Source of the DNA: a virus
Taxonomy: Duplodnaviria; Caudoviricetes
Strand: one strand, 5' to 3'
Length of the DNA: 40,570 bases
Virus record (IMG/VR): IMGVR_UViG_3300020043_004790
Location: 1-40,570 of that record
The notes beneath the pieces are model-generated. The model made no database searches. It was not told the DNA's origin and saw only the letters and a list, made by a program, of their open reading frames with translations. The position numbers and the translations under genes were made by a program. Each line of letters starts with the position of its first letter. Position 1 is the first letter of the stretch. Below, one piece after another: positions 6,995-15,562 of the stretch.

Positions 6995-7784
6995 AATCCT
7001 CCCAATAGCAGTAGCTGCGGAGCTAGTAGGACAAGATACGTCTACTAAGTACCCTTCTGGTTTTGAGATGCTCGATAAGTGTATGGACGGTGGATTCCGC
7101 GAAGGAGACTTTACTATCGTTTCAGGTATCCCTGGGGATGGTAAGACAACATACTGCCGTATGCTCACACTCAATCTAGCTAAGAACGGGGTAGGTACTC
7201 TATGGTTCAGCTACGAGATGACCGTTCGTGAGTTGTGGGACAGTTTCGAGAAGATGGGTGCTGACACCTCACTCATTAGCTACGTCCCTATGTCACTAGA
7301 AGATGACTACGAGTGGATAATCGAACACATAGCAAGAGCAAGACAAAACTACGACATCAAGGCTGTGTTCATAGACACCCTAGGAGATGTGGTACGTTCC
7401 GTGAAGAAACAACAAGACCTAGGAAACTACGCAACCTACATAGCTCAGTTGTGTAAAGACCTACGTAACTACGCGGTTAAGGAGAAGATTATGATATTCG
7501 CGGTAGCTCACGCAACAAAGCAAACAAGAAGTAACACCAACGAGACTGACAACGCTGACATAGCTAACTCAAACGGTATTCCCGCAGCAGCAACAAACAT
7601 CTTCCACGTTTGGAGAGATAAGAAAGATGAAACATTGTCGTATGTGAAGATCGGTAAGTCCCGTAGAGACGGTACGAAGAAAGGTTGGAAGTTTCGTATG
7701 CGTTTCTCCGATAATAAATTACTACCAGAAGCTAAGGACAACGGTGAACGCTGGACTCCGTTGGAAGATGAGTTTCCAGGCTAA
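6975..7784 (+). CDS. DnaB-like (SF4) replicative helicase, C-terminal domain only
   Basis: SGF..LD...GGFR.G, Walker A GIPGDGKT, FSYEM, VFID, AH, K.R.G motifs. Confidence 0.88.
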   Translation: MRKETVKILPIAVAAELVGQDTSTKYPSGFEMLDKCMDGGFREGDFTIVSGIPGDGKTTYCRMLTLNLAKNGVGTLWFSYEMTVRELWDSFEKMGADTSLISYVPMSLEDDYEWIIEHIARARQNYDIKAVFIDTLGDVVRSVKKQQDLGNYATYIAQLCKDLRNYAVKEKIMIFAVAHATKQTRSNTNETDNADIANSNGIPAAATNIFHVWRDKKDETLSYVKIGKSRRDGTKKGWKFRMRFSDNKLLPEAKDNGERWTPLEDEFPG

Positions 7785-7787
7785 CGT

Positions 7788-7964
7788 ATGAACGAACTAC
7801 TAAACAGATGGGCGCAAGAGAGTAACAGAAAGCTACTCGCCCGTATTCCCTACTTCCATGAAGTATTTGCTAGAACTAAAGACCCAATAGCACTAGAGAT
7901 AGCTAAGAATCTGGGGATAGCAGTAAAAAACACTAAAAAGATAGAATATACTGAAACTATATGA
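7788..7964 (+). CDS. Small hypothetical protein (58 aa)
   Basis: MNELLNRWAQESNRKLLARIPYF...; ATGA overlap with the next gene. Confidence 0.65.
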   Translation: MNELLNRWAQESNRKLLARIPYFHEVFARTKDPIALEIAKNLGIAVKNTKKIEYTETI

Positions 7965-8284
7965 ACGATCTACTACCAGAACTTCTGAAGAAGCGTGTAG
8001 TGACACTTGGAGGGCATCATTACCTCCGTGTACGATTCGTCAATGACTACCTACATTTCCTGAAGAAAGGTGGTGCTGAACAGAAAGCTATACGTGCTTT
8101 TATGGAATGGGCAACTCCCGAAGAACATAAAGGGCAAGTTAAATACAAGGATGGTTTGCCGAACGAAGACGAACTCCTAGAAGTTACCAGAGATATGCAG
8201 AAAATCGCCGAAGGATACAATGCGTGCCGAAAAGAGTTCATACTGAACGCAGAGGAATATATAAAACTTAACTACAAAATATGA
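7961..8284 (+). CDS. Hypothetical protein
   Basis: 107 aa, ATGA coupled. Confidence 0.75.
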   Translation: MNDLLPELLKKRVVTLGGHHYLRVRFVNDYLHFLKKGGAEQKAIRAFMEWATPEEHKGQVKYKDGLPNEDELLEVTRDMQKIAEGYNACRKEFILNAEEYIKLNYKI

Positions 8285-8709
8285 ACGATCTAGCAATCCA
8301 AGACGTAGTAGCAGAAACTAAAGCACTGTGGCAAACAGGAAGGAAGGTAATGGTGCAAGTAGCGTTCAACCTTTCTCGGATAAAAAACAGTGACGTATGG
8401 AAAGAGTACGACAAATTCCCGAAGTATTGTGAAGAACAGCTAGAGATACAACAGTCACAAGTATCTAAACTCCTAACCATCGCCGAATATTATCTTGATA
8501 AATTCTCAGTAGAAGAAATAGGCTCAGTAGACTACGAGAAACTATACCAATCAGCACTACTCCCCGGATCGGTAGAGGTTAACCTAGCCAAAGCAAAAAC
8601 CCTCTCAAGAGTAGAGCTAAAGCAAGAAAAAGCAGAATACCAACCACACCCATACGAAGAGGTAGCGTACTGTAAAGTCTGCAAACTCTCTAAATCAAAC
8701 CATCCATGA
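8281..8709 (+). CDS. Hypothetical protein (possible HTH plus C-terminal HxxxxxxxxCxxC)
   Basis: 142 aa; Y..F..YCEEQL.I..SQVSKLL pattern. Confidence 0.8.
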   Translation: MNDLAIQDVVAETKALWQTGRKVMVQVAFNLSRIKNSDVWKEYDKFPKYCEEQLEIQQSQVSKLLTIAEYYLDKFSVEEIGSVDYEKLYQSALLPGSVEVNLAKAKTLSRVELKQEKAEYQPHPYEEVAYCKVCKLSKSNHP

Positions 8710-9200
8710 TAGAAGAGGTTAGATACAAGAAAAAGAAACGTAAGAAGACCAAAGCAGACATTTGGCGTGAATTTGGTCTAGAACGTCCTGCAAAACCAAG
8801 ATACTCAGGACTACGAGGAGTCCTCTGGTATGTATTCTCACAATACATTCGAGAACGAGACAAACACCTTCCTTGTATCAACTGCAATTTAATGAAACCA
8901 GATAGACATGCAGGACACTACATACCAACAGGACAGTGCGGATGGGATGGCCTAGTCTTCCACGAAATGAACGTACACAGCGAATGTAGCTCGTGTAACA
9001 TGCGCGACAAGAGAAAGCTAAAATATGGTCTAAATCTCGCTATACGTCATCCAGGTCAAAGAGAAGCAGTAGAATCGCTCTACGGGGCGTATAGAGCCTC
9101 ACAGGGGCACTTTAAAAACTACTCACAAGCAGAGTACCGAGAAAAAATAACACTATACACAACCCTACTCTCGACATTTTCTGTAAAAGAAGTAGGCTAA
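8706..9200 (+). CDS. ninG: NinG/Rap-family HNH recombination endonuclease
   Basis: FSQYIRERD...CINC...HAGHY...F.E.NVH.EC..CN signature. Confidence 0.9.
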   Translation: MIEEVRYKKKKRKKTKADIWREFGLERPAKPRYSGLRGVLWYVFSQYIRERDKHLPCINCNLMKPDRHAGHYIPTGQCGWDGLVFHEMNVHSECSSCNMRDKRKLKYGLNLAIRHPGQREAVESLYGAYRASQGHFKNYSQAEYREKITLYTTLLSTFSVKEVG

Positions 9201-9207
9201 ATATATC

Positions 9208-9399
9208 ATGGAGCAACTGATAGAACACGGAACGGTATCAGTAAAACTCACTAACCCAGAAGAGAATATGACCGACCTCCTGCACCTATTCGTTCATATG
9301 GGCTTTGTGGCGAAAATGAGCGAGCAGGAACTCATAGATAACTGCAAACGCGCCGCGGAAGACCAGTATTTTCAAGCAATCGTAACCAACCAACCCTAA
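9208..9399 (+). CDS. Hypothetical protein
   Basis: 63 aa in the operon. Confidence 0.65.
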   Translation: MEQLIEHGTVSVKLTNPEENMTDLLHLFVHMGFVAKMSEQELIDNCKRAAEDQYFQAIVTNQP

Positions 9400-9412
9400 C
9401 TCAAACTTATTT

Positions 9413-9619
9413 ATGGAAACTATTTCACTCAAACAGGCGATAGAAAAGTGTGGGTATGGGTTCCGTTCGCTGTCCCTACACTCGGACGGGCGTTGGATAG
9501 CAAAATCAGGTGCAAAGGCAAAACCACCCTCAAAGTTATTTACCGGCACAACTCCCTTTGAAGCCGTAGAAAAGCTCCTCAGCGCACTCGGGTATCCGGT
9601 AGAGATAAAAGAAGCCTAA
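9413..9619 (+). CDS. Hypothetical phage protein
   Basis: 68 aa; L...IE.CG..F.SL...W.A...G.TP.EAV.KL pattern. Confidence 0.75.
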   Translation: METISLKQAIEKCGYGFRSLSLHSDGRWIAKSGAKAKPPSKLFTGTTPFEAVEKLLSALGYPVEIKEA

Positions 9620-9636
9620 TCAAACTTATATTTCTT

Positions 9637-10035
9637 ATGGCGAATCTTTACATTGAATGCCCGAATATCGTTGCTTCTATGTACGCGCAAACTAAGTTGC
9701 GGGACGTTTTCGGCTTTCAGATTCTCCGAGAAAAACAGAAGCCCCACTTTTCCGACAGGTTCGTAGTAGTTTCACCGCCAAAATACTGTGCTCGCACTCT
9801 CGGTATGTACCCAAAAGAAGACGACCCTTTTGACTGGAAAAGCCGAGAATACCACTACGAAAAGGGGTGTAAGGATTGCGACAAAGTACGAAATGATAAG
9901 CCCGTAATCTGCTATACACCCTCAACAATAGACCAAGACGGCAACGAAACCTACGAGAAAAACCACAAGTGGATTCCGCTAATGGACGCTCTCGCGCTCA
10001 TAAAACTCACAGAAAGTCCCGCGCCAACCAACTAA
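9637..10035 (+). CDS. Hypothetical protein
   Basis: 132 aa in the operon. Confidence 0.7.
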   Translation: MANLYIECPNIVASMYAQTKLRDVFGFQILREKQKPHFSDRFVVVSPPKYCARTLGMYPKEDDPFDWKSREYHYEKGCKDCDKVRNDKPVICYTPSTIDQDGNETYEKNHKWIPLMDALALIKLTESPAPTN

Positions 10036-10065
10036 AACACCCCCCTTTAATTCTTTTTTGATGGT

Positions 10066-10350
10066 ATGGAAAGGAAACGCGCTCTTGCTCTTGAGAAAAA
10101 CGCACTTTCAATAGACGACTGGAGTTCAACCTGCGTGAATTGCGGTCAAGGTGCGATTCCTGAAGAAAAGACCCACGAAAGCGTAATAGGCTATGGTGTA
10201 GCAGACGGCACAAAAGGGTGTGGTATCAAATGGGAGTTTCTTACGAGCATGTACGGGAATAACATAAGCAGTAAGTACGCGGTAGAAATGCGCCCAGACC
10301 TAAAGTGGATTGACTTTACTGAACTCCTAAACCAAGAAATCACCCCCTAA
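10066..10350 (+). CDS. Hypothetical Zn-binding protein
   Basis: CxxC...H...GCG..W. Confidence 0.7.
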   Translation: MERKRALALEKNALSIDDWSSTCVNCGQGAIPEEKTHESVIGYGVADGTKGCGIKWEFLTSMYGNNISSKYAVEMRPDLKWIDFTELLNQEITP

Positions 10351-10387
10351 GAAAAAAGAAACATCTATAGGGGGTAGTGGTTTTTGG
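10332..10387 (+). terminator. Long hairpin, possible terminator
   Basis: ACCCCCTA/TAGGGGGT core with flanking CCAAGAAATCAC/GTGGTTTTTGG pairing. Confidence 0.4.
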
Positions 10388-10390
10388 GGT

Positions 10391-10435
10391 TTATACACAG
10401 GGGTGCTTGACAACCTAAACGCTTGGGTATAGGAT
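10391..10435 (+). promoter_or_regulatory. Promoter with DnaA box and palindromic operator
   Basis: TTATACACA, TTGACA-N17-TAGGAT, spacer ACCTAAACGCTTGGGT; ATG 7 nt after the -10 (leaderless). Confidence 0.7.
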
Positions 10436-10441
10436 ATAGAT

Positions 10442-10663
10442 ATGAAGAAAACAGAATGGATTGCAGAAACCACCCTTACCAAGATTATGAACAACGTAAA
10501 GGTTGTAGACGGAAAAACGATAGCGTGTGTCATGTTTCATAATCGCCCGTGGAAGGTCGTTGCTCATGGTACCGATTTCGCAACGGTTGCAGACCGCGCG
10601 TATGAACCTATTGCAGAATTTAGAACCCGCGAAGAATTGTGGAAGCACCTAAAAACTGTATGA
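10442..10663 (+). CDS. Hypothetical protein
   Basis: 73 aa, probably leaderless. Confidence 0.7.
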   Translation: MKKTEWIAETTLTKIMNNVKVVDGKTIACVMFHNRPWKVVAHGTDFATVADRAYEPIAEFRTREELWKHLKTV

Positions 10664-10950
10664 GATGGTGGCTAGTAATCCGCGAGGAATCTAGTGGCTA
10701 CGACTCGTACCCGATAGAAGTACGTCATGTGGTTGCGGCTAATACTGAAGCAGAGATTTATTCGTTGTTTAACGAACCGGAGCGTCCGGAGTACGGAAAC
10801 CATATTATTCGGGTCTTACCATTCCCGGAACTTCCAAATCTCTCCCGGAAGAAAAAGCCTTATATACTTGCGATAGGAGATTTATGTTTCCGTTGTGAGA
10901 GAGTCCCTGGGGGAATTGTTTATACAGTACCTTGTAGAATTCATGATTAA
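10660..10950 (+). CDS. Hypothetical protein (MRWWLVIREE...)
   Basis: ATGA overlap; C-terminal CxxC...CxxH. Confidence 0.65.
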   Translation: MRWWLVIREESSGYDSYPIEVRHVVAANTEAEIYSLFNEPERPEYGNHIIRVLPFPELPNLSRKKKPYILAIGDLCFRCERVPGGIVYTVPCRIHD

Positions 10951-11089
10951 GAACCCATCAGCAGTAGCACTCGGAAAACTCGGCGGCTCTAAATTATCCG
11001 AGAAAAAAGCTAAAGCCGCCCGTGAAAACGGCAAAAAGGGCGGAAGACCAAAGAAATTAAAAACCCCACACCACAACAAAATAACCTAA
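10943..11089 (+). CDS. Small basic putative DNA-binding protein (AVALGKLGG...ENGKKGGRP)
   Basis: Recurrent phage/MGE motif with an AT-hook-like GRP. Confidence 0.75.
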   Translation: MIKNPSAVALGKLGGSKLSEKKAKAARENGKKGGRPKKLKTPHHNKIT

Positions 11090-11095
11090 CCTAGT

Positions 11096-11266
11096 ATGGA
11101 AATTAAAGAACAAAGAGAATCTGAGTTTTGTGAACATATGAAGGAGCTTGTGGCTATTTGCCGCGAAAAGGAGGTCTTCTTTGGAGGCTGTGGCGATTGT
11201 GGGTCTCCTTGGCTTACCTGCAAAAAGTGCGGTAAGTCAGTAGACAACGCAGGTGATGTATTTTAA
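11096..11266 (+). CDS. Small Cys-rich protein (GGCGDCGSPWLTCKKCG)
   Basis: 56 aa ORF found by hand, two CxxC. Confidence 0.7.
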   Translation: MEIKEQRESEFCEHMKELVAICREKEVFFGGCGDCGSPWLTCKKCGKSVDNAGDVF

Positions 11267-11287
11267 ACCTAATCTAATATAGATGTT

Positions 11288-11803
11288 ATGGAAGAAGACC
11301 AAATCGTTAAGTTGTTTGCGCTGAAGAATGGGTGGCTTTCTGGGTGGCTTAGAAACCAAAAGGAGGCAATGGTTTCTCTTTATGACCGCGAATTCACAGA
11401 CGAGGAGGTTGCTATGCACTGCGTCCGTTTGTCTTCATTTGAGATGAACACGAAAGAGTATCTTCGCCCCGACTTCCTTATGGCGTTCTTTAGTCCGTTC
11501 CCAAAGATAGAGATACTTACCTACCCTGAAATAAGTGCAATTATTGCGGAAAGCCCGATGGTTTCGCCAAAGGTATACGAACAGTCGCGGTATGAAGACG
11601 CTTGGAAGTTCCACATTCAAAAGATGGTCTTGCTCGGAGAAAAACGCTACGACTTTGAAGCAGAACGCCTCAAATACCTCTACCAATTCGTGCCGAAGCA
11701 AGTAATTACACGTTTTGAGGAGTTCAAGAAGGAACAGCGCGACAGAACCTTGGAGAAAATGCGAAAAGAAAACAAGCCACCTAATCCAACCGTAGAGAAA
11801 TAA
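11288..11803 (+). CDS. Hypothetical protein
   Basis: 171 aa. Confidence 0.75.
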   Translation: MEEDQIVKLFALKNGWLSGWLRNQKEAMVSLYDREFTDEEVAMHCVRLSSFEMNTKEYLRPDFLMAFFSPFPKIEILTYPEISAIIAESPMVSPKVYEQSRYEDAWKFHIQKMVLLGEKRYDFEAERLKYLYQFVPKQVITRFEEFKKEQRDRTLEKMRKENKPPNPTVEK

Positions 11804-11807
11804 CTTA

Positions 11808-11927
11808 TGAAGAAGAAGAAACATGACTGTCGGTTTAAACATTTTGACCCATTCACAGCGCTATATATGTGTCATAAACGCTGTGGAGCAACCAGAACTG
11901 ATGTTCAGCGCGCATGGTACAAGTAAC
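11808..11927 (+). CDS. Small His/Cys protein (39 aa)
   Basis: MKKKKHDCRFKHFDPFTALYMCHKRCGATR... Confidence 0.5.
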
Positions 11928-12028
11928 CACCAACCCTATGAGTAAGAAGAAAGTTGGGGATAACAAATAAAACATCCCAAAAGTATGCTTTAATAAATAC
12001 AGTACCTTGAAAAGAAACATATAGAGGA

Positions 12029-12425
12029 TTGAGAGTGGGTGGGGGAAGCTGAGCGTACGGGGTGCGTTAACACCTGTCAGCCCCCTCCACCTGCTCTTAA
12101 TATCTAGGATGTTGTTGGGGCGCGATTTGTAATCGCGTGGTGAGCGCAAAGCTAACTCACCAGCTTGCTGAAAAACTAACGCTAGGACAAAGCAAGTCCC
12201 GCTCCACCAGCACCTTAGAACCAGTTTGAGCATAGAGAGGGGGAGTATAGTTTGCAAAACACACGTTCGTCATGCCGATTTCTAGATAGGAGACGAGAGA
12301 CCTTCGGGGACGTGATGGTGGTGTTAATAGCCACATCTCCCTCTCTGTGCTTAGAACCTTACATCCTGTTCGTGCCTTAAATTCATCAGGAAACTGGTGG
12401 AACTTGGACAGGGCGTGAACAGGAT
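12029..12425 (+). ncRNA. Tandem array of four long-stem structured RNA domains (unknown family)
   Basis: Domains 12029-12100, 12104-12218, 12226-12354 and 12363-12425, each closed by a 16-19 bp stem whose non-Watson-Crick positions are nearly all G-U on the + strand; internal UUCG and GAAA hairpins; no + strand ORF in the track. Confidence 0.75.
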
Positions 12426-12449
12426 ATAGAGTTTTAATCAGATAAAAAG

Positions 12450-12599
12450 ATGATATATACCTGTACAAAATGCGATAAAGAAACAAATACCATCTACTCA
12501 TGGCCTCTTCCTGGAGACCCAGGCCCTAAAGAAGCCCTATGTCCAAGATGTATGAGTATGACCGACCATGTATGGAAAAGACAGGCGGACGGTATATAA
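12450..12599 (+). CDS. Small Zn-ribbon protein (49 aa)
   Basis: MIYTCTKCDK...LCPRCM. Confidence 0.6.
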   Translation: MIYTCTKCDKETNTIYSWPLPGDPGPKEALCPRCMSMTDHVWKRQADGI

Positions 12600-12606
12600 A
12601 TACAAC

Positions 12607-12645
12607 TGTGGATAAACATTGACAATATGTAATGTTATATTTAAT
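12607..12645 (+). promoter_or_regulatory. groEL promoter with perfect DnaA box
   Basis: TGTGGATAA 3 bp before TTGACA; AT-rich TG-TTATATTTAAT -10 region. Confidence 0.6.
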
Positions 12646-12664
12646 ACATAATCAACCATAAAAC

Positions 12665-14170
12665 ATGTATCTAGGAAAAAAGATTTCAACAGGTGTTGAG
12701 GCACGAATGAAGGTAAAAGCAGGTGTTGATAAGCTTGCAGACGCAGTAAAGTCAACACTAGGCCCGTTTGGAACCAATGCTCTCATTGAGAAAGGACTAC
12801 GTGTCACAAATGACGGAATTAAGATCACACAGGAGTTTACTCTAAGTGATGAGATAGAAGATTTGGGGGTACGTAAAGTAAAGGAAGCAGCAGCTAAATC
12901 AAATGACGAGGTAGGAGATGGATCAACCACTATCGTTACCCTAATCCAATCTATCCTAAAGGAAAGTCAAAGAAACCTAGGAACAGACAAAACTGTAGGT
13001 GGAAAAATGAGTACTGCAGATTTCATACGTAAGATTAAGGCAGAATGTGCAGAAGTAATCGAGAAACTAAAAGAACAAGCAACTCCAATTAACACAGAAG
13101 AAGAGCTTATTCGTTCTGCAGTAGTATCTGTAGAGGATGAAGAGCTAGGTAAGCTTATTGGTTCTACACAGTTTGCTATTGGCAAGGAAGGATACTTGAT
13201 TGCTGAGGAGGTACCAGAGCGCGAATGTTCTGTAGAGCGTGTACACGGTGTACGTATAGACAATGGTCTAGGAATGACACAGGTAATGAACAATGTAGAG
13301 AAACAAATGCTCGAAGTGGAGGATGTACGTACTATCCTAACCAGCCACACAATCCAGTCTCTTGAGGCTCTGAAGCCTATTCTCGAACAGCTCCTAAAGA
13401 ACAAGCAGACAAAGGTAGCTATTATTGCCCGTGGATTTACAGACAAAGCAATCCAAGACTGTGCAGCTAACATCAAGCAAGGCTTTGAAATTTATCCGAT
13501 AAACGCACCATACACAGACTCACGAGAGGTAATGCTAGACCTAGCCTCAGTACTTGGAGGACAGTTCTACGATAGTGAGACCCACGATCTCGATGACATG
13601 CAACTCTCAGATGTTGGACTAGCACAAAAGATCCGAGCACGTAGATACGATGCTATCTTCACAGGAAAACACGGTGCTGACAGTGACAAAGTACAAGAAC
13701 GAGTAGCCAAGCTAGAGGAACAACTTGCAGGATCAAACTCAGACTTCGAGAAGAAGATGCTAGGAGGTAGAATTGCCCAGCTAAAGAATGGTTTTGCCCT
13801 AGTCAAAGTAGGTGCTTCAAGCGACACAGAACGAAAGCGTATCTTCGACAAGGTAGAAGATGCTGTAAACGCAGTACGCGCAGCCCTACAGGAAGGAACA
13901 GTAAAAGGAGCCGGTCTAGCATATAAAGAGATTGCAGACGCTATGCCAGATGACTACATCCTTAAACGACCACTCCTTTCAATCCACGAACAAATAATGG
14001 CAAATGCCCCAGCAGACTTCGTAGTAGAAGATTGGGTACGAGACCCTGTAAAGGTACTTCGCGTAGCACTAGAGCAAGCATGTTCAGTAGCAGGAGACCT
14101 AGCAACAGTATCCGTAGCTATCCACACCGAACGAGACAGGGGTTGTAAACACGACAATAGTGTAGAATAA
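12665..14170 (+). CDS. groEL: Chaperonin GroEL/Cpn60 homologue
   Basis: GVDKLADAVKSTLGP, VTNDG, GDGSTT, R.A.L..G.A..KVGA, VEDAVNA.RAA..EG.V.G.G, V.DP.KV.R.AL..A.SVA. Confidence 0.96.
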   Translation: MYLGKKISTGVEARMKVKAGVDKLADAVKSTLGPFGTNALIEKGLRVTNDGIKITQEFTLSDEIEDLGVRKVKEAAAKSNDEVGDGSTTIVTLIQSILKESQRNLGTDKTVGGKMSTADFIRKIKAECAEVIEKLKEQATPINTEEELIRSAVVSVEDEELGKLIGSTQFAIGKEGYLIAEEVPERECSVERVHGVRIDNGLGMTQVMNNVEKQMLEVEDVRTILTSHTIQSLEALKPILEQLLKNKQTKVAIIARGFTDKAIQDCAANIKQGFEIYPINAPYTDSREVMLDLASVLGGQFYDSETHDLDDMQLSDVGLAQKIRARRYDAIFTGKHGADSDKVQERVAKLEEQLAGSNSDFEKKMLGGRIAQLKNGFALVKVGASSDTERKRIFDKVEDAVNAVRAALQEGTVKGAGLAYKEIADAMPDDYILKRPLLSIHEQIMANAPADFVVEDWVRDPVKVLRVALEQACSVAGDLATVSVAIHTERDRGCKHDNSVE

Positions 14171-14175
14171 CTACC

Positions 14176-14346
14176 ATGGACATCTTCAAAGCAAAGAAAC
14201 GTGCAGAGAACTCCCTACAGAAATTCGGTAGAGGTCTAGCAAAACTAACCAAACGATCTCCTGAATCACGTCTCAGAGGAGCAATGAAAGCATATTACGA
14301 AGGAGGAGGTGGCGGAAGAAAACCACGCCTCACAGACTACAAATGA
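14176..14346 (+). CDS. Small basic protein (56 aa)
   Basis: MDIFKAKKRAENSLQKFGRG...; ATGA coupling to a further 31-aa ORF. Confidence 0.55.
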   Translation: MDIFKAKKRAENSLQKFGRGLAKLTKRSPESRLRGAMKAYYEGGGGGRKPRLTDYK

Positions 14347-14422
14347 AAAGAAAACGCAAGATAGGTAAACAGTTTCATGCAACAAGAGCAATGATTCGAG
14401 ACTATCTTGCAAGAACTAAGCC

Positions 14423-15562
14423 ATGGAAAGAAAACTAGACGAGGTAAAACCCTATGAAAAGAACGCCAAGAAGCACCCTAAGAAACAGGTGGAGCAGGTA
14501 GCCGCATCTATTAAAGAGTTCGGCTTCAACCAACCGATAGTAGTAGATAAAAACGGCGTAATCATAGTAGGCCACGGACGCTACGAGGCCGCGAAGTCTC
14601 TAGGAATGACAACAGTACCAGTCCTAGAGGTAGACCTAACGGAAGAACAGGCAAACGCCTACCGTCTTGCAGACAATAAGCTCAACGAGTCCGAGTGGGA
14701 TATGAAACTCGTGGTAGAGGAACTCAAAGGACTCTCCGAGCCTATGCTAGAGCTAACGGGCTTTGATAAGGATTTGATACTAGAACCAGAGGAAAAGGAT
14801 GACGAGATACCTGAAAACGTGCCACCACGGGCAAAATTAGGCGATTTGTGGCTCTTGGGCGAGCATCGGGTACTTTGTGGAGACTCTACTAAAATGGAGG
14901 ACGTAGAGCGGCTTATGGATGGGAAGAAGGCGGATTGTGTAGTTACTGACCCGCCATACAACACTGGAATGGAAGGAAAGCCAGAGGATGAGAAAGCCTG
15001 GCTTTCTCATATGTTCAACGACAAAATAGAAAATTGGCCTGAGTTTTTATCTGATGTATTTGGCAACTACTTTGCGGTAACAAAAGGGGATTGCGCTTAT
15101 TATGTGTTTATAGACTGGCGTAGGGTAAACGACATACGCTCCGAGATGGAAAAGCATATGGACGTAAAGAACGTCATAGTATGGGATAAGAAAGTTCACG
15201 GCCTCGGCAGCGACTACAAATCAACTTATGAGCTATGTATTGTAGGTAAGAAGGGCAAGCCCGAAATAAACAACCGCTTTGGGCTAGATTACCAAGACAT
15301 ATGGCGACTACAGCGTGAGATGGGGCGCAACAAAGACCACGCAACAGCAAAGCCTGTAGAACTACTAGAGAAGCCCATTACCCACGCAAGCAAGGCAGAC
15401 GACATAGTCCTCGACCTATTCCTCGGTTCTGGCTCTACCGTCATAGCAGCAGAGAAGACAGGACGTATATGCTACGGTATGGAGTTAGACCCAAAGTACG
15501 TAGACGTAATAGTAAAACGCTGGGAGGAGTATACTGATAAGACCGCAGAATTATATGGCTAG
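14423..15562 (+). CDS. ParB-like nuclease domain fused to N6/N4 DNA methyltransferase (beta class)
   Basis: N-terminal PY.KNAK.H...SIKEFGF.QPI...GHGR...ADNK; DPPY catalytic motif, H...KP, DLFLGSGST. Confidence 0.93.
   Translation: MERKLDEVKPYEKNAKKHPKKQVEQVAASIKEFGFNQPIVVDKNGVIIVGHGRYEAAKSLGMTTVPVLEVDLTEEQANAYRLADNKLNESEWDMKLVVEELKGLSEPMLELTGFDKDLILEPEEKDDEIPENVPPRAKLGDLWLLGEHRVLCGDSTKMEDVERLMDGKKADCVVTDPPYNTGMEGKPEDEKAWLSHMFNDKIENWPEFLSDVFGNYFAVTKGDCAYYVFIDWRRVNDIRSEMEKHMDVKNVIVWDKKVHGLGSDYKSTYELCIVGKKGKPEINNRFGLDYQDIWRLQREMGRNKDHATAKPVELLEKPITHASKADDIVLDLFLGSGSTVIAAEKTGRICYGMELDPKYVDVIVKRWEEYTDKTAELYG

Noticed and set aside
11895-11912. CTGATG as a hammerhead ribozyme core
   Set aside because: Not the full CTGANGA, no matching GAAA and stems, and it lies inside a plausible small ORF.
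12104-12218. Cloverleaf-like domain read as a tRNA
   Set aside because: No TTC T-loop, no D-loop GG and no 7 bp acceptor stem; the closing stem is 19 bp.
11853-12501. Minus-strand ORFs 11853..12257 and 12157..12501
   Set aside because: No protein-like features, opposite to the operon direction, and they overlie RNA structure with + strand G-U polarity.
14176-14440. Small ORFs after groEL as GroES
   Set aside because: Basic and helical, too short, and no PL.DRV or mobile-loop motif.
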